From Burkholderiaceae bacterium (GTDB taxonomy: Bacteria > Pseudomonadota > Gammaproteobacteria > Burkholderiales > Burkholderiaceae_C), in assembly GCA_024709845.1 (NCBI GenBank), contig JANJVX010000146.1, forward strand, positions 1 through 56,946: 56,946 nt of DNA, read 5' to 3'. The notes under the pieces are model-generated. The model was not told the origin of the DNA. It made no database searches and worked only from the letters and a program-made list of their open reading frames with translations. The position numbers and the translations under genes were made by a program. Shown here one piece after another: positions 43,378 to 52,744 of the stretch. Each line of letters begins with the position of its first letter. Position 1 is the first letter of the stretch.

Positions 43378-44661
43378 TCAGCCAGCCAGCGGCCGTCCCA
43401 GCCATTGGACGAGCTGGCGTGCCACACCGGCATCGCTGAGCAGCGCCAGATGCCCCAGGCGGTAGGCCACATGGCGGCGTGCCCGGGGGAAATCGAGGCA
43501 GCGCGCAGGGTCGTCGTGCACCCCCAGGGCGCTGTGCAGGGGCACCAGCCCGTCGCCCACCAGGCACTCGGCCACCGGCTTGTTGCGTGCCGACAGGGTG
43601 GCGGCCACCGTGAAGCATTCCACCCCGGCGGGCAAGGGCAACGGCGTGCGCCTGTCGGGGCTGCGGCGGAAGCGGTCACGCCCCTGCCAGTCGGCATCGA
43701 GCACATGGCCGTAGCGCAGATCGGTGATGCCCGCGCTGCGCAACTGGCCCAGCCGGGCGAACGGACGGCTGTAGGGCGTGCTGCCCAGCAGCACATCCAC
43801 CCAGTTGCCCGCGCGCTCCAGCGGCGCCCCATGGTGCGGCGTGCCCAGAAAAACGACGCGCCGCAACTGCGCGGGCCATTGATGGCCCGCCTCGGCGCCA
43901 TAGTGGCATGCGCCGCGCACCACCAGCCCGCCCATGCTGTGCACCAGCACGGTGAACTCCTGCACGGGCACGGGCCAGGCGGCCAGCAAGGCCTCGATGT
44001 GGCCGGCCAGGGCGCGCCCGTTCACCGAGGTGTGCTGCCCCGTGTTGTAACGCACATAGACCGGGGTGTAGCCCAGCGCCTGTGCCAGGTGGGTGCCGTG
44101 GTCGTGGCCCTCGCGCTGCCATTGCAGGTCGTTCATGCACAGGCCATGCACCAGCAGCAAGACCTTGCCGGTGGCGGCGCCACTCGCACCGAGTGCGGCC
44201 ACGTCCAGCGGCCGGCCCTGCTGGCGCAGTTCCATGGTGATCGCCAGCGGGTTGGCATCCTGGGCCAGGCGGTCGCCCATGACGCCGTTGAGGGCCGACA
44301 GCACGGCCTCGCGTTCGGCCGGTGGCGTGGCGGCATCCCGTCCGGCCATGCCGCGGTCCAGAAAGGGTTCGAGCCGCAGCAACGCGGCCTGCAGCCCGGC
44401 ATCGACCAGCCGTGTCACGCCATGAATGCCCTGGTAGACCATGCCGGTCAGCCCGCGCGTGCGGCCGGGCTCGGCCCCGCCGGGCAGGCCCATGGTGCTG
44501 AGCACCGACTGGTGCACGCCTTCGGCGATGCGTGCCACGCCTGCCGTGGCCTGGGTGGCCAGGCGCGCCGCGCCCCGCAGGTCGGTGGCGCGCAACTGGC
44601 CCAGGGCCGCTTTGGCGACGCGTGCCGTCTTGCCCGATGAGGGGGGAGTGGTGGATGCCAT
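43378..44661 (-). CDS. Alpha/beta hydrolase (PGAP1-like esterase/lipase)
   Basis: LVHGL, VHSMGG nucleophile elbow, LGTPHHGAPLE, GDGLVP, GHLALL. Confidence 0.82.
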   Translation of the reverse strand: MASTTPPSSGKTARVAKAALGQLRATDLRGAARLATQATAGVARIAEGVHQSVLSTMGLPGGAEPGRTRGLTGMVYQGIHGVTRLVDAGLQAALLRLEPFLDRGMAGRDAATPPAEREAVLSALNGVMGDRLAQDANPLAITMELRQQGRPLDVAALGASGAATGKVLLLVHGLCMNDLQWQREGHDHGTHLAQALGYTPVYVRYNTGQHTSVNGRALAGHIEALLAAWPVPVQEFTVLVHSMGGLVVRGACHYGAEAGHQWPAQLRRVVFLGTPHHGAPLERAGNWVDVLLGSTPYSRPFARLGQLRSAGITDLRYGHVLDADWQGRDRFRRSPDRRTPLPLPAGVECFTVAATLSARNKPVAECLVGDGLVPLHSALGVHDDPARCLDFPRARRHVAYRLGHLALLSDAGVARQLVQWLGRPLAG

Positions 44662-44711
44662 GAATGCTCCGGAAAAAAGGGGATCGGACACCACCCCCGC
44701 TGCGCCCGCGC

Positions 44712-45608
44712 TCAAAAGCGTTCGTGCGCGCCCAGATAGCGCCACTGCCCCACGGGCAGGTTGCCCAGTGTGACACGGCCGATACGGATGCGTTTGAGGC
44801 CCACCACCTTCAGGCCCACCTGCTCGCACATGCGCCGGATCTGGCGCTTCTTGCCCTCGGTCAGCACGAAGCGCAGTTGCTCGGGGTTTTGCCATTCCAC
44901 CTTGGCGGGTTTCAGCGGCTGGCCATCCAGGCTCAGGCCGTGGCGCAGACGTTCGAGCAGTTCGCGCGGAAAGACGGCCTGCACGTTGGTGCTGACGGGG
45001 TCGTGCTCGCTGATTTCCTGCAAGGGCTCGGGGCGTGCGCCCGGCGCCACGGCGCGCACCGGGCCCGGCCCCTGGTACACCACGCGCACGAGGTATTCCT
45101 TGTCCATGACCGAGTCTTCGCCAATGATCTGCCGCGCCACGCGCCCGTCCTGCGTGAGCACCAGCAGACCCACCGAGTCAATGTCAAGGCGCCCGGCCGG
45201 CGCCAGGCCGCGCAGGTGCGGCGGCGTGAAGCGCAGACCGCTCGGGTCGTCGCGCCAGTGCGTGCGCGGGTTGATCAGCGCCACGGCGGGCTCATGCCCA
45301 TCCTCGGCCTGGCCCGACACGTAACCGATGGGCTTGTTCAGCAGGATGGTGACCCGGCTGTCCTGCTGGCGCTGCGCGGCGCGCTCGACGGTGACGCGGT
45401 CCTGCGGCGTGACCTTGACGCCCATGGCGGCCACCTGGCCGTTGACATGGACCCAGCCGCGCGCAATCCAGTCGTCGGCCTCACGGCGCGAGCACAGGCC
45501 GAGTTCGGCCAGGCGCTTGTTAAGGCGCGTGCCCTGGGCCGAAGAAACGGCGGCAGAGGGCACCGGGGGCTGTTGCAGGGTTCGCGGAGCGGGCTTCTTG
45601 GATTGCAT
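44712..45608 (-). CDS. RsuA/RluF-family rRNA pseudouridine synthase with S4 domain
   Basis: RLNKRLAELGLCSRREAD, NKPIG, GRLD, EGKKRQIRRM, LKRIRIG. Confidence 0.92.
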   Translation of the reverse strand: MQSKKPAPRTLQQPPVPSAAVSSAQGTRLNKRLAELGLCSRREADDWIARGWVHVNGQVAAMGVKVTPQDRVTVERAAQRQQDSRVTILLNKPIGYVSGQAEDGHEPAVALINPRTHWRDDPSGLRFTPPHLRGLAPAGRLDIDSVGLLVLTQDGRVARQIIGEDSVMDKEYLVRVVYQGPGPVRAVAPGARPEPLQEISEHDPVSTNVQAVFPRELLERLRHGLSLDGQPLKPAKVEWQNPEQLRFVLTEGKKRQIRRMCEQVGLKVVGLKRIRIGRVTLGNLPVGQWRYLGAHERF

Positions 45609-45626
45609 GGCCCGAATTGTCTCTTA

Positions 45627-45785
45627 GAGCCTGTTCAAAGTCTTTTCATGGTGCCCGTTGCCCCGCAAAAGGCCGCACTCGTCATTGCGCACCTTGCCCA
45701 GGCCGCCAGCATGGCCTGCGGCGCGCGCCTAGATTGCGGCCTTTTGCTGCCTTGCGGGCACCATGAAAAGACTTTGAACAGACTC
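45627..45785. mobile_element. 159-bp MITE (non-autonomous, IS5-family-like ends)
   Basis: 31-bp TIRs GAG(C/T)CTGTTCAAAGTCTTTTCATGGTGCCCG with 1 mismatch; TTA direct repeat on each side; inner inverted repeat gcaaaaggccgca/tgcggccttttgc; no transposase. Confidence 0.88.
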
Positions 45786-45921
45786 TTACCGCCCATGCAC
45801 AGCGCACATATCCGCATGGAAAAGCCACATGACCGCCACCACACACCGCAACGCATTGTCAATACACTCAGTGACCGCTGCCCGCAGGAGTCTGCCAGCC
45901 ACCGGCACAGGAGGTATCGCC

Positions 45922-47628
45922 ATGCCCATCGCACAAAAATTCACCTCGCTCTCTATCGCGGCCCGGCTGCGGCTGGGGTTTGGCTGCTTGCTGGTGTTGA
46001 TGATGTGCATTGCCGCCGGAGGACTGTGGTCGCTGCACACCGTCAACCAGCAGATGCGCGCCATCACCGGCCCTGGCGCAGCCAAGGCCAAGCTGGTCAA
46101 CACCATGCTGGAGACCGTGGGAACGCTTGGCATCCAGAGCCGATCGGCAGCCATGCTCAACGAAATCGATGGCAAGCAGGCGCAGACCCAGATCGCGGCG
46201 TCGCGCAAATCCCTGCAGGACTACCAGCAACAGCAGGCGGCACTGGCGCAGCTTTTTTCCTCGGCAGACACCCGGCCGGAGCAGCAAAAGCTGCTGGGCG
46301 AGATCGAAGCACTGGCCCAGAAGATCCGCCCTGAGCTGGAGATCGCACTCCAAGGCGTCGAGGATGGCGACACCGTGAGTGCCACCCTCACCCTGATGAC
46401 CCGTGCAGCGCCCGCCGAAGCCGCCTGGCGCGCCCGGCTGGCCGAGCTGATCGAGCGGCAAAACCAGCTCAACGCCGAATCGGCCCAGCAGGCCGAGCAC
46501 CTGCAAAGCCAGGCACTCGGCCTGGGCGCCGTGCTGGTGGCATCTGCGGCGCTGCTGGGCTGGTGGATTGCACGGCGCATCACCGCCAGCATCACACAGC
46601 CCATCGGCCGGGCGGTGGTGGTGGCCGAACGCATTGCGCGCGGCGACCTGACCTCGGCCATTGAAGTACGCATCCACGACGAAACCGGCCGCCTGCTCGA
46701 CGCCATTGCCGCCATGCAGGACCGCCTGCGCGCACTGGTGGGTGAAATCAGCCAGGCGGCCGACTCCATCCTCACCGCCAGTTCGGAGGTCGCCTCGGGC
46801 AACCTGGACCTGAGCCTGCGCACGGAGCAAACCTCGCACAACCTCCAGTCCAGCGCCTCGGCACTGGCCGACCTGACGGGCACCGTGGGCCAGAGCGCAG
46901 AGTCCGCCCACCAGGCCAACCGGCTGGCCTCCACGGCCTCGGAGGCCGCCACGCGGGGCGGGCAGGCCGTGTCGCAGGTGGTACAGACCATGGATTCGAT
47001 CAGCGCGAGTTCGCGCCAGATTGCCGACATCACCGGCGTGATCGACGGCATCGCCTTCCAGACCAACATCCTCGCGCTCAATGCCGCCGTGGAGGCCGCA
47101 CGCGCTGGCGAGCAGGGGCGCGGCTTTGCCGTGGTGGCGGGCGAGGTGCGCAACCTGGCGGGCCGCGCGGCCACGGCGGCACGCGAGATCAAGGCCCTGA
47201 TAGGCGCCAGCGTGCAGCAGGTGGAGCAAGGCGGCGAGCTGGTGGGCCGCGCAGGCAGCACCATGAACGAACTGGTCAGTGCCGTGTGCAAGGTGTCGGA
47301 CATCATGGCCGAAATCACCCAGGCCACCCAGGAGCAAAGCCAGCGCATCGTGCTGGTCAGCCAGTCGGTGGGAGAACTGGAGTCCATGACCCAGCAGAAC
47401 GCTGCGCTGGTGGAAGAAGGCGCCGCCGCCGCAGACAGCCTCAAAGAGCAGGCCGGACGTCTGACCGAGGTGGTGGGCGCATTCCGGCTGGAGCGCAGCG
47501 TGCGCGATGACCGCGACTGGCCGGGTCCAAACCATGGCCCTGCAGCGCCAGCGGCTGCGCCGGACCGCCTGGCTACATCCGGCGGCGGCCGCAGCGGCGC
47601 CCGGCAGCTTCCCGCCCTGGAACGCTGA
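45922..47628 (+). CDS. Methyl-accepting chemotaxis protein
   Basis: AGGAGG SD; ARLRLGFG TM1, [34 protein letters not shown]. Confidence 0.95.
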   Translation: MPIAQKFTSLSIAARLRLGFGCLLVLMMCIAAGGLWSLHTVNQQMRAITGPGAAKAKLVNTMLETVGTLGIQSRSAAMLNEIDGKQAQTQIAASRKSLQDYQQQQAALAQLFSSADTRPEQQKLLGEIEALAQKIRPELEIALQGVEDGDTVSATLTLMTRAAPAEAAWRARLAELIERQNQLNAESAQQAEHLQSQALGLGAVLVASAALLGWWIARRITASITQPIGRAVVVAERIARGDLTSAIEVRIHDETGRLLDAIAAMQDRLRALVGEISQAADSILTASSEVASGNLDLSLRTEQTSHNLQSSASALADLTGTVGQSAESAHQANRLASTASEAATRGGQAVSQVVQTMDSISASSRQIADITGVIDGIAFQTNILALNAAVEAARAGEQGRGFAVVAGEVRNLAGRAATAAREIKALIGASVQQVEQGGELVGRAGSTMNELVSAVCKVSDIMAEITQATQEQSQRIVLVSQSVGELESMTQQNAALVEEGAAAADSLKEQAGRLTEVVGAFRLERSVRDDRDWPGPNHGPAAPAAAPDRLATSGGGRSGARQLPALER

Positions 47629-47782
47629 GGCGGAACGGAACAAGGCACCGCGATGGCGCCTTTCCGGCCTGGGGAAGATCTGCAATGCCACAGCCATAGC
47701 GCGTGCTATGGCGGGCATTTGCAACGACGAGCGGGTGTGTATTGGCGGAATGAGCGGGCATGGTGGGTTCGTTCACACCTTC

Positions 47783-50116
47783 TCAGGCCTGAGGCGTCAG
47801 CCAGGCCAGGAAACCGTCCACCGGCAGCGGCCGGCTGATGTGGTAGCCCTGCGCCTCGTCGCAGGCCAGTGTGCGCAGTCGCTCCAGGATGTCGGCATTT
47901 TCCACGCCTTCGGCCACCACGCTCAGGCCCAGATTGTGCGCCAGGTCGATGGTGGAGCGCACGATCTGCGCGTCTCCCTCCCCGGCCTGCATGCCCATGA
48001 CAAAGGACTTGTCGATCTTGAGCTCCTGCACCGGCAGGCGCCGCAGGTAGGCCAGCGACGAGTACCCCGTGCCGAAGTCGTCGATGGAGAGCTTGAAGCC
48101 CTGCTGCGACAGACGGTTGAGCATGGCCTCGGCGCGCTGCGGGTCGTCCATGATGGCGCTCTCGGTGATCTCCAGGCAAAAGCTGGCCGCCCCCACGCCG
48201 TGGCGTGCCAGGATGGCCTCCAGGCGGGTGCAGAGTTCGGGGTCGAGCAGGTCGCGCGTGGACAGGTTGACCGAAACGCGCAGCCCCATCAGGCGCACGC
48301 GCTCCTGCGCCAGCAGGCGTGCCACCGCCTCGAAGACCCACAGCGTGAGCTGGCGCACAAAGCCGGTCTGCTCGGCGAAGGGAATGAACTCCATGGGCGG
48401 CACCAGGCCGCGCTGCGGGTGCTGCCAGCGCACCAGCGCCTCGGCGGCATGCCCTGGCTGGCCGTGCAGCGCCACCTTGGGCTGCAGGTACAGGCGCAGC
48501 TCGTCCCGCTCGACGGCGCGGCGCAGGTCGCCCAGCAGCGTCAGGGTCTGGGCGCTCGCCGAGTCCAGTGCCGGTTCGTACAGCAGCGCCACGCTGAGCT
48601 TGCGCTTGGCGGCGTACATGGCGATTTCGGCGCGGTTGAGCAGGGTGTCGGCATCCTGGGCATCGCCCGGCCAGCAGGCAATGCCGATGCCGGCGCTCAG
48701 GTCCACCGTCTGGTCGTCGAACTCCAGCGGTTTTTCGAAGGAGCGGGCAATGCCCTGGGCCACCTGCAGGGCCTGCGGGCCATCGGTGTCGTGCAGCAGC
48801 AGCGCGAACTCGTTGCCGCCGACGCGCGCCACCAGGTCGCCCGGTGCGTGCACATGCGGGCGCAGGCGCCCGGCCACGGCCTGCAGCAGGCGGTCGCCAA
48901 AGGCATAGCCGAGCACGTCGTTGACATGTTTGAAGCGGTCCAGGTCCAGCAGCAGCACCGCCAGCGGCCGGGCCGGGCTGCGGTGCGTGTGGATGGCCTG
49001 CATGACCGCCGTGCGAAAGCGCTCGCGGTTGGGCAGGCCGGTAAGGCGGTCGCGGTAGGCCAGGTCGCGCACCTTGGCCTGCTGGCGCGCGATGTCCAGG
49101 CGCATGTGGTCGAACGAGCGTGCCAGATCGCCGATTTCATCGACCCGTGCCGTGTGCTCCATGGGCACGCTGTAGTCGCCGCTGGCGAGGCGCCGCGTGG
49201 CGGCCAGCAGCGAGCGCAAGGGCGTGGTCACGCGCCGGGCCATGGTGCCGCTGCCCAGCGCCACCAGCAGCACCCCGCCACCGGTGATGGTGGCCAGCAG
49301 GAACTGCAGCTGCCGGTAGGGCGCCACCACCTCGTCCACCGAGCGCAGCAGCAGCACCTGGACCTCGCCCCCCACCGCGTTCAAGGCGCTGGTACGCACC
49401 AGCAGCGTGCCGGATTCGGTCTGCAGCTCTCCCGCTGCGGCGCCCGGCTGGCGCAGCGGCGCCAGCGCGGCGGCAGGCAGGGTGCCCACCGGCACCGCCA
49501 CGCTGCCATCGGCGGCCCGCACACGCACCGCCACATCGACGGACAGCAACTGGCGCATCTCGTCGGCCAGGGGCTGCCCCACGGGAAAGCCCATGAGCAC
49601 CCAGCCAATCACGACCGGCGCCTTCAGCGGCACCATGACGAACTGGTAGGGCTGCCCCTGCATCACGGCCACCACGCTGCCCTGAGACTGGTCCGACAGG
49701 GCCTGCACCACCTGCGCGAGGGAGCCGGGCATTTGCGGCAAGCCCTCGGCCAGCCGGACCGCGCGCAAGGCCCGCTCCGTGTCCAGCAGCGCCGTGGCCG
49801 CCGCCCCAATGCGCGCGCCATGGTTCTCCAGCGCCGACTGGATGGTTTCCTCGTCGCCCGAGCTGACGGCCGAGCGAAAACCGTAGTCGGCCGCCAGCAG
49901 CGCCGAGCCCTGGCGCAGTCGCTCGGCGTTCTGCTCCAGCAGCCGGTGCCAGACGCGCTCGTCGGTGTCGAGCTCGCGCGCGATCTGCAGGCGCGCATTG
50001 CGGTCGATGCTGCGGTTCACCACGGCGAAACCGGCCACCTGCACGATCAGGAGCAACAGCAGCGACACCCCGACGAGCCGCAGGATGAGGCTGTGCCGTA
50101 TCGGGCGCGTACTCAA
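47783..50116 (-). CDS. Periplasmic sensor-HAMP-GGDEF-EAL protein
   Basis: Two TM segments, HAMP, DRLTGLPNR, GGNEF, AEAL, DDFGTGYSS, AEGVE; TTG start overlapping the upstream stop. Confidence 0.9.
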   Translation of the reverse strand: MSTRPIRHSLILRLVGVSLLLLLIVQVAGFAVVNRSIDRNARLQIARELDTDERVWHRLLEQNAERLRQGSALLAADYGFRSAVSSGDEETIQSALENHGARIGAAATALLDTERALRAVRLAEGLPQMPGSLAQVVQALSDQSQGSVVAVMQGQPYQFVMVPLKAPVVIGWVLMGFPVGQPLADEMRQLLSVDVAVRVRAADGSVAVPVGTLPAAALAPLRQPGAAAGELQTESGTLLVRTSALNAVGGEVQVLLLRSVDEVVAPYRQLQFLLATITGGGVLLVALGSGTMARRVTTPLRSLLAATRRLASGDYSVPMEHTARVDEIGDLARSFDHMRLDIARQQAKVRDLAYRDRLTGLPNRERFRTAVMQAIHTHRSPARPLAVLLLDLDRFKHVNDVLGYAFGDRLLQAVAGRLRPHVHAPGDLVARVGGNEFALLLHDTDGPQALQVAQGIARSFEKPLEFDDQTVDLSAGIGIACWPGDAQDADTLLNRAEIAMYAAKRKLSVALLYEPALDSASAQTLTLLGDLRRAVERDELRLYLQPKVALHGQPGHAAEALVRWQHPQRGLVPPMEFIPFAEQTGFVRQLTLWVFEAVARLLAQERVRLMGLRVSVNLSTRDLLDPELCTRLEAILARHGVGAASFCLEITESAIMDDPQRAEAMLNRLSQQGFKLSIDDFGTGYSSLAYLRRLPVQELKIDKSFVMGMQAGEGDAQIVRSTIDLAHNLGLSVVAEGVENADILERLRTLACDEAQGYHISRPLPVDGFLAWLTPQA

Positions 50117-50742
50117 GGCGCCAGCCCCGTCATGCGCACGGTTGCCGTGGCGCCACCGGCTGTCACGGTCAGCGCCTGCTCCTGCGCGGCGGCCCCCACC
50201 GGCAGGCGGGGATGCCAGGCGCGCAGACGGTAGCTGCCCGGTGGCACCGGGCCGATGGACGCCCCGCCCCCCGTGGCCGGAGTCTGCGCGAAATAGGGGG
50301 TGTCGAGCACCACGATCCAGCCCACCATGTGGTCATGGATGTTGCACCCCAGCACCACCACGCCAGGCTGGTCGAACAGCACCGGCTGGGCCGGTGTACC
50401 GGTGTAGAGCTTGAGCTCGAACTTCTTGGCCGGCGAGAACGAGTACACATGGTGGCGCACCGTGTCGCGGTTGGGGAAGCGCACTTCGGTTCCCACGGTC
50501 AGCACCCGCACTGCGGGGAGGAACTGCTTGTTCTCCTGCGACACCTCCTGCACCTCCAGGGGCTTGACCAGGCGCCGGGCTTCGGCCGATTCCAGAAACA
50601 CCACCGCACCGCCCAGGGGCTGGCCCGCGCCATCCAGCACTTGCACCTGCACGCCGGCCGCCCAGGCGCCCCAGACCAGGCACAGCGCGGGCAGCACCAG
50701 CGCCGTGCGCCAGGCTCGCCGGGACGTGGCCGCAACACTCAT
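50113..50742 (-). CDS. Exported cupredoxin-domain protein
   Basis: Signal peptide; FPNRD..HHVYSFS and GCNIHDHM type-1 copper ligand set; YRLRAWHP C-terminal beta domain. Confidence 0.8.
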   Translation of the reverse strand: MSVAATSRRAWRTALVLPALCLVWGAWAAGVQVQVLDGAGQPLGGAVVFLESAEARRLVKPLEVQEVSQENKQFLPAVRVLTVGTEVRFPNRDTVRHHVYSFSPAKKFELKLYTGTPAQPVLFDQPGVVVLGCNIHDHMVGWIVVLDTPYFAQTPATGGGASIGPVPPGSYRLRAWHPRLPVGAAAQEQALTVTAGGATATVRMTGLAP

Positions 50743-51635
50743 GGCGCGATGGCCAGGCCCCGCAGCGGGCTGCCGTCGCCCACCACGCCCAGCGGAGCGG
50801 CACGGCCGGTTTCCAGGTCCACGGTGTACAGGCGGGTGCGCGGGTCCGTTGCGGTGCGGGCCGCCAGCAGGGCGGTGTTGCCCACGTCGGCGATGTCGAA
50901 CGACGCATCGGCCAACGGCCCCAGGCCCAGCGGACCGACAGTGCGCAGCTGGCCGGTGTTGGGCGAAACGACCGGTGTTGCACCTTCGCGCGACCCCTGC
51001 ATGACGAGCGTGCCGAGCGCGCGGTCGATGGCGTAGTTGGTGGTGAGCTTGTCGTCCTGGGCGTTGTAGGTGTAGGCAGCGGCAGCAATGTCCGGCTCGC
51101 GCCCGGCCTGCCTGTCGCCCCAGGCATAGCGCAGCACGGGGTCGGGCTGCACGCCGTCCAGGGCAGCATCGCCATCGACCACCGCCCCGGTGTCGGGGTG
51201 CAGACGCAGGTTCTGCCCGGCGCTGGAGACCACGCGAATGCGGTCGGCCGCAGGGTTGAAGTCAAACCCGAAAACCGCGCCGCGCAGTTGCAGGGCCAAC
51301 GGCGCCGCACCCACGGGGCTCAGCGCACCCGAGGCGACGTCCAGGGTATAGAGCCGCCCTGTGTGCGACAAGGCGTACAGCACGCCCCGCGCCACCCGGT
51401 AGTCGATGCCTGCCAGTTGCTCGTCCGCAGCCAGCCCGGTGACGGGCCGCCGCTCCAGGATGCGCTGGGGCTCGCCGGCGTTGAACACCAGCAGCTCATG
51501 CTGCGCGGTGACGGCCACCAGCTGTTCCCCCAGACCGGCCGATGGCGGCGGCGGGCTGGCACAGGCCGCCAGAAAGAGTCCGGCCAGAATGCCTGCGGCC
51601 TTGCAGGCACGAAGGGCCATCGGTGTCAGTGCCAT
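50739..51635 (-). CDS. DUF4394-like lipoprotein
   Basis: Lipobox LAAC; GIDYR, GFDFNPAADRIRVV..GQNLR, AAAYT, NTGQLRTVGPLG. Confidence 0.75.
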   Translation of the reverse strand: MALTPMALRACKAAGILAGLFLAACASPPPPSAGLGEQLVAVTAQHELLVFNAGEPQRILERRPVTGLAADEQLAGIDYRVARGVLYALSHTGRLYTLDVASGALSPVGAAPLALQLRGAVFGFDFNPAADRIRVVSSAGQNLRLHPDTGAVVDGDAALDGVQPDPVLRYAWGDRQAGREPDIAAAAYTYNAQDDKLTTNYAIDRALGTLVMQGSREGATPVVSPNTGQLRTVGPLGLGPLADASFDIADVGNTALLAARTATDPRTRLYTVDLETGRAAPLGVVGDGSPLRGLAIAP

Positions 51636-51696
51636 GGCTGCTGCCCCTTGGTTGGAATGCCACCGGGACGCCCCGCCCCTGAAGGCACATCGATAT

Positions 51697-51759
51697 CATT
51701 CAAAAACAATAGCATGCTGCGCTCATCAGTAAAGCGTTTCAGCCCGATTTCATATCAAA
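51697..51759 (+). repeat. Repeat family A copy 10 (degenerate)
   Basis: cattcaaaaacaatagca-tgctgcgctcatcagtaaagcgtttca-gcccgatttcatatcaaa. Confidence 0.7.
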
Positions 51760-51772
51760 TTCCACCCGACCA

Positions 51773-52483
51773 CTATTGCATCACGCTCGACCGGAGCGCG
51801 GCAAGGTCCAGCACCCGCAGGCCGCCGTATTCGACCCGGATGGCCCCTTGGGCTTCGAGCGCCGCCAACGCCTCGTTGACCCGCTGGCGCGACAGCCCCA
51901 CCAGATAGGCCAACTCCTGCTGGGTGATGCGCAGCACCTCGCCCACTCCAGGGTACAGCGCCGAATTGAACAGTGCGGCCAGGCTGCGCGCCACGCGCGC
52001 GTCGGGGTTGTTCAGCCGGTCGATCTCGCGCGCTGCAATGAATTGACCCAGGCGCTCGTTGAGCTGGTTCATGACGTAGCGGTTGAAACCGATGGAGTGG
52101 TCCAGCAGCCAGTGAAACGTGTCGATGGGCAGCCCTGCCACCACGCTCTTGCGCAGGGCCTGCACGTTGTAGCGATACGGCTCACGCTTGACCACCGTGC
52201 CTTCACCAAACCAGCCACCGGGCGGCAGGCCGGCAAAGGTCATCGTGCCGCCGTCCGCGTTGTCGTTGCTCATCTTGAGCAGCCCCTCGATGACGCCGAA
52301 CCAGTAGGTGACGGGCCGCCCGATGCGGCAGACGTAGTCGCCCGCACGGGCATCGCCCACCAGCAGGGCCGCCATGGCGCGCTCACGCTCGACCGGCTGC
52401 AACAGGGGCAGCCAGGGAATACCGGCCAGTTCATCGGGCGTGGGCTGGCGGCGGCGGTGGTGCAATGACAGTTCCTGGTTCAT
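51773..52483 (-). CDS. Crp/Fnr family transcriptional regulator
   Basis: cNMP-binding-like GGWFGE; HTH ITQQELAYLVGLSRQRVNEAL. Confidence 0.93.
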   Translation of the reverse strand: MNQELSLHHRRRQPTPDELAGIPWLPLLQPVERERAMAALLVGDARAGDYVCRIGRPVTYWFGVIEGLLKMSNDNADGGTMTFAGLPPGGWFGEGTVVKREPYRYNVQALRKSVVAGLPIDTFHWLLDHSIGFNRYVMNQLNERLGQFIAAREIDRLNNPDARVARSLAALFNSALYPGVGEVLRITQQELAYLVGLSRQRVNEALAALEAQGAIRVEYGGLRVLDLAALRSSVMQ

Positions 52484-52654
52484 GCCGTGCTGGCCGTGCG
52501 AGGGTTTTCAATGGGGCCCGTGGCCCTGCCGCCTGATTGTCGTTAAAAAACCGGCGGCAAGCTTGGCGCTGGCTGACACAGCCCCGTTGCCCGGCCCTGC
52601 CGCATGGCCCCACCGGGCGCGCCATGCGGCCACGGTTCGGGAATACCATGATTC

Positions 52655-52675
52655 AAATTGTCGTCGGAAAGACAA
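52655..52675. promoter_or_regulatory. Palindromic operator TTGTC-N8-GACAA, copy 1
   Basis: AAATTGTCGTCGGAAAGACAA; 20/21 identical to 53947-53967. Confidence 0.75.
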
Positions 52676-52744
52676 AAAAATTCCAATCACCGTCCGATGA
52701 TGCGGCCGACTGGGCGCCACCGCCCCCCAATTGGAGTTAGCACC

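Noticed and set aside
45790-45921. c-di-GMP riboswitch upstream of the chemoreceptor
   Set aside because: No recognisable GEMM consensus by eye; an Rfam scan would be needed
50113-50742. Methylamine utilisation function (common auto-annotation)
   Set aside because: No mau genes nearby; only a cupredoxin fold is supported
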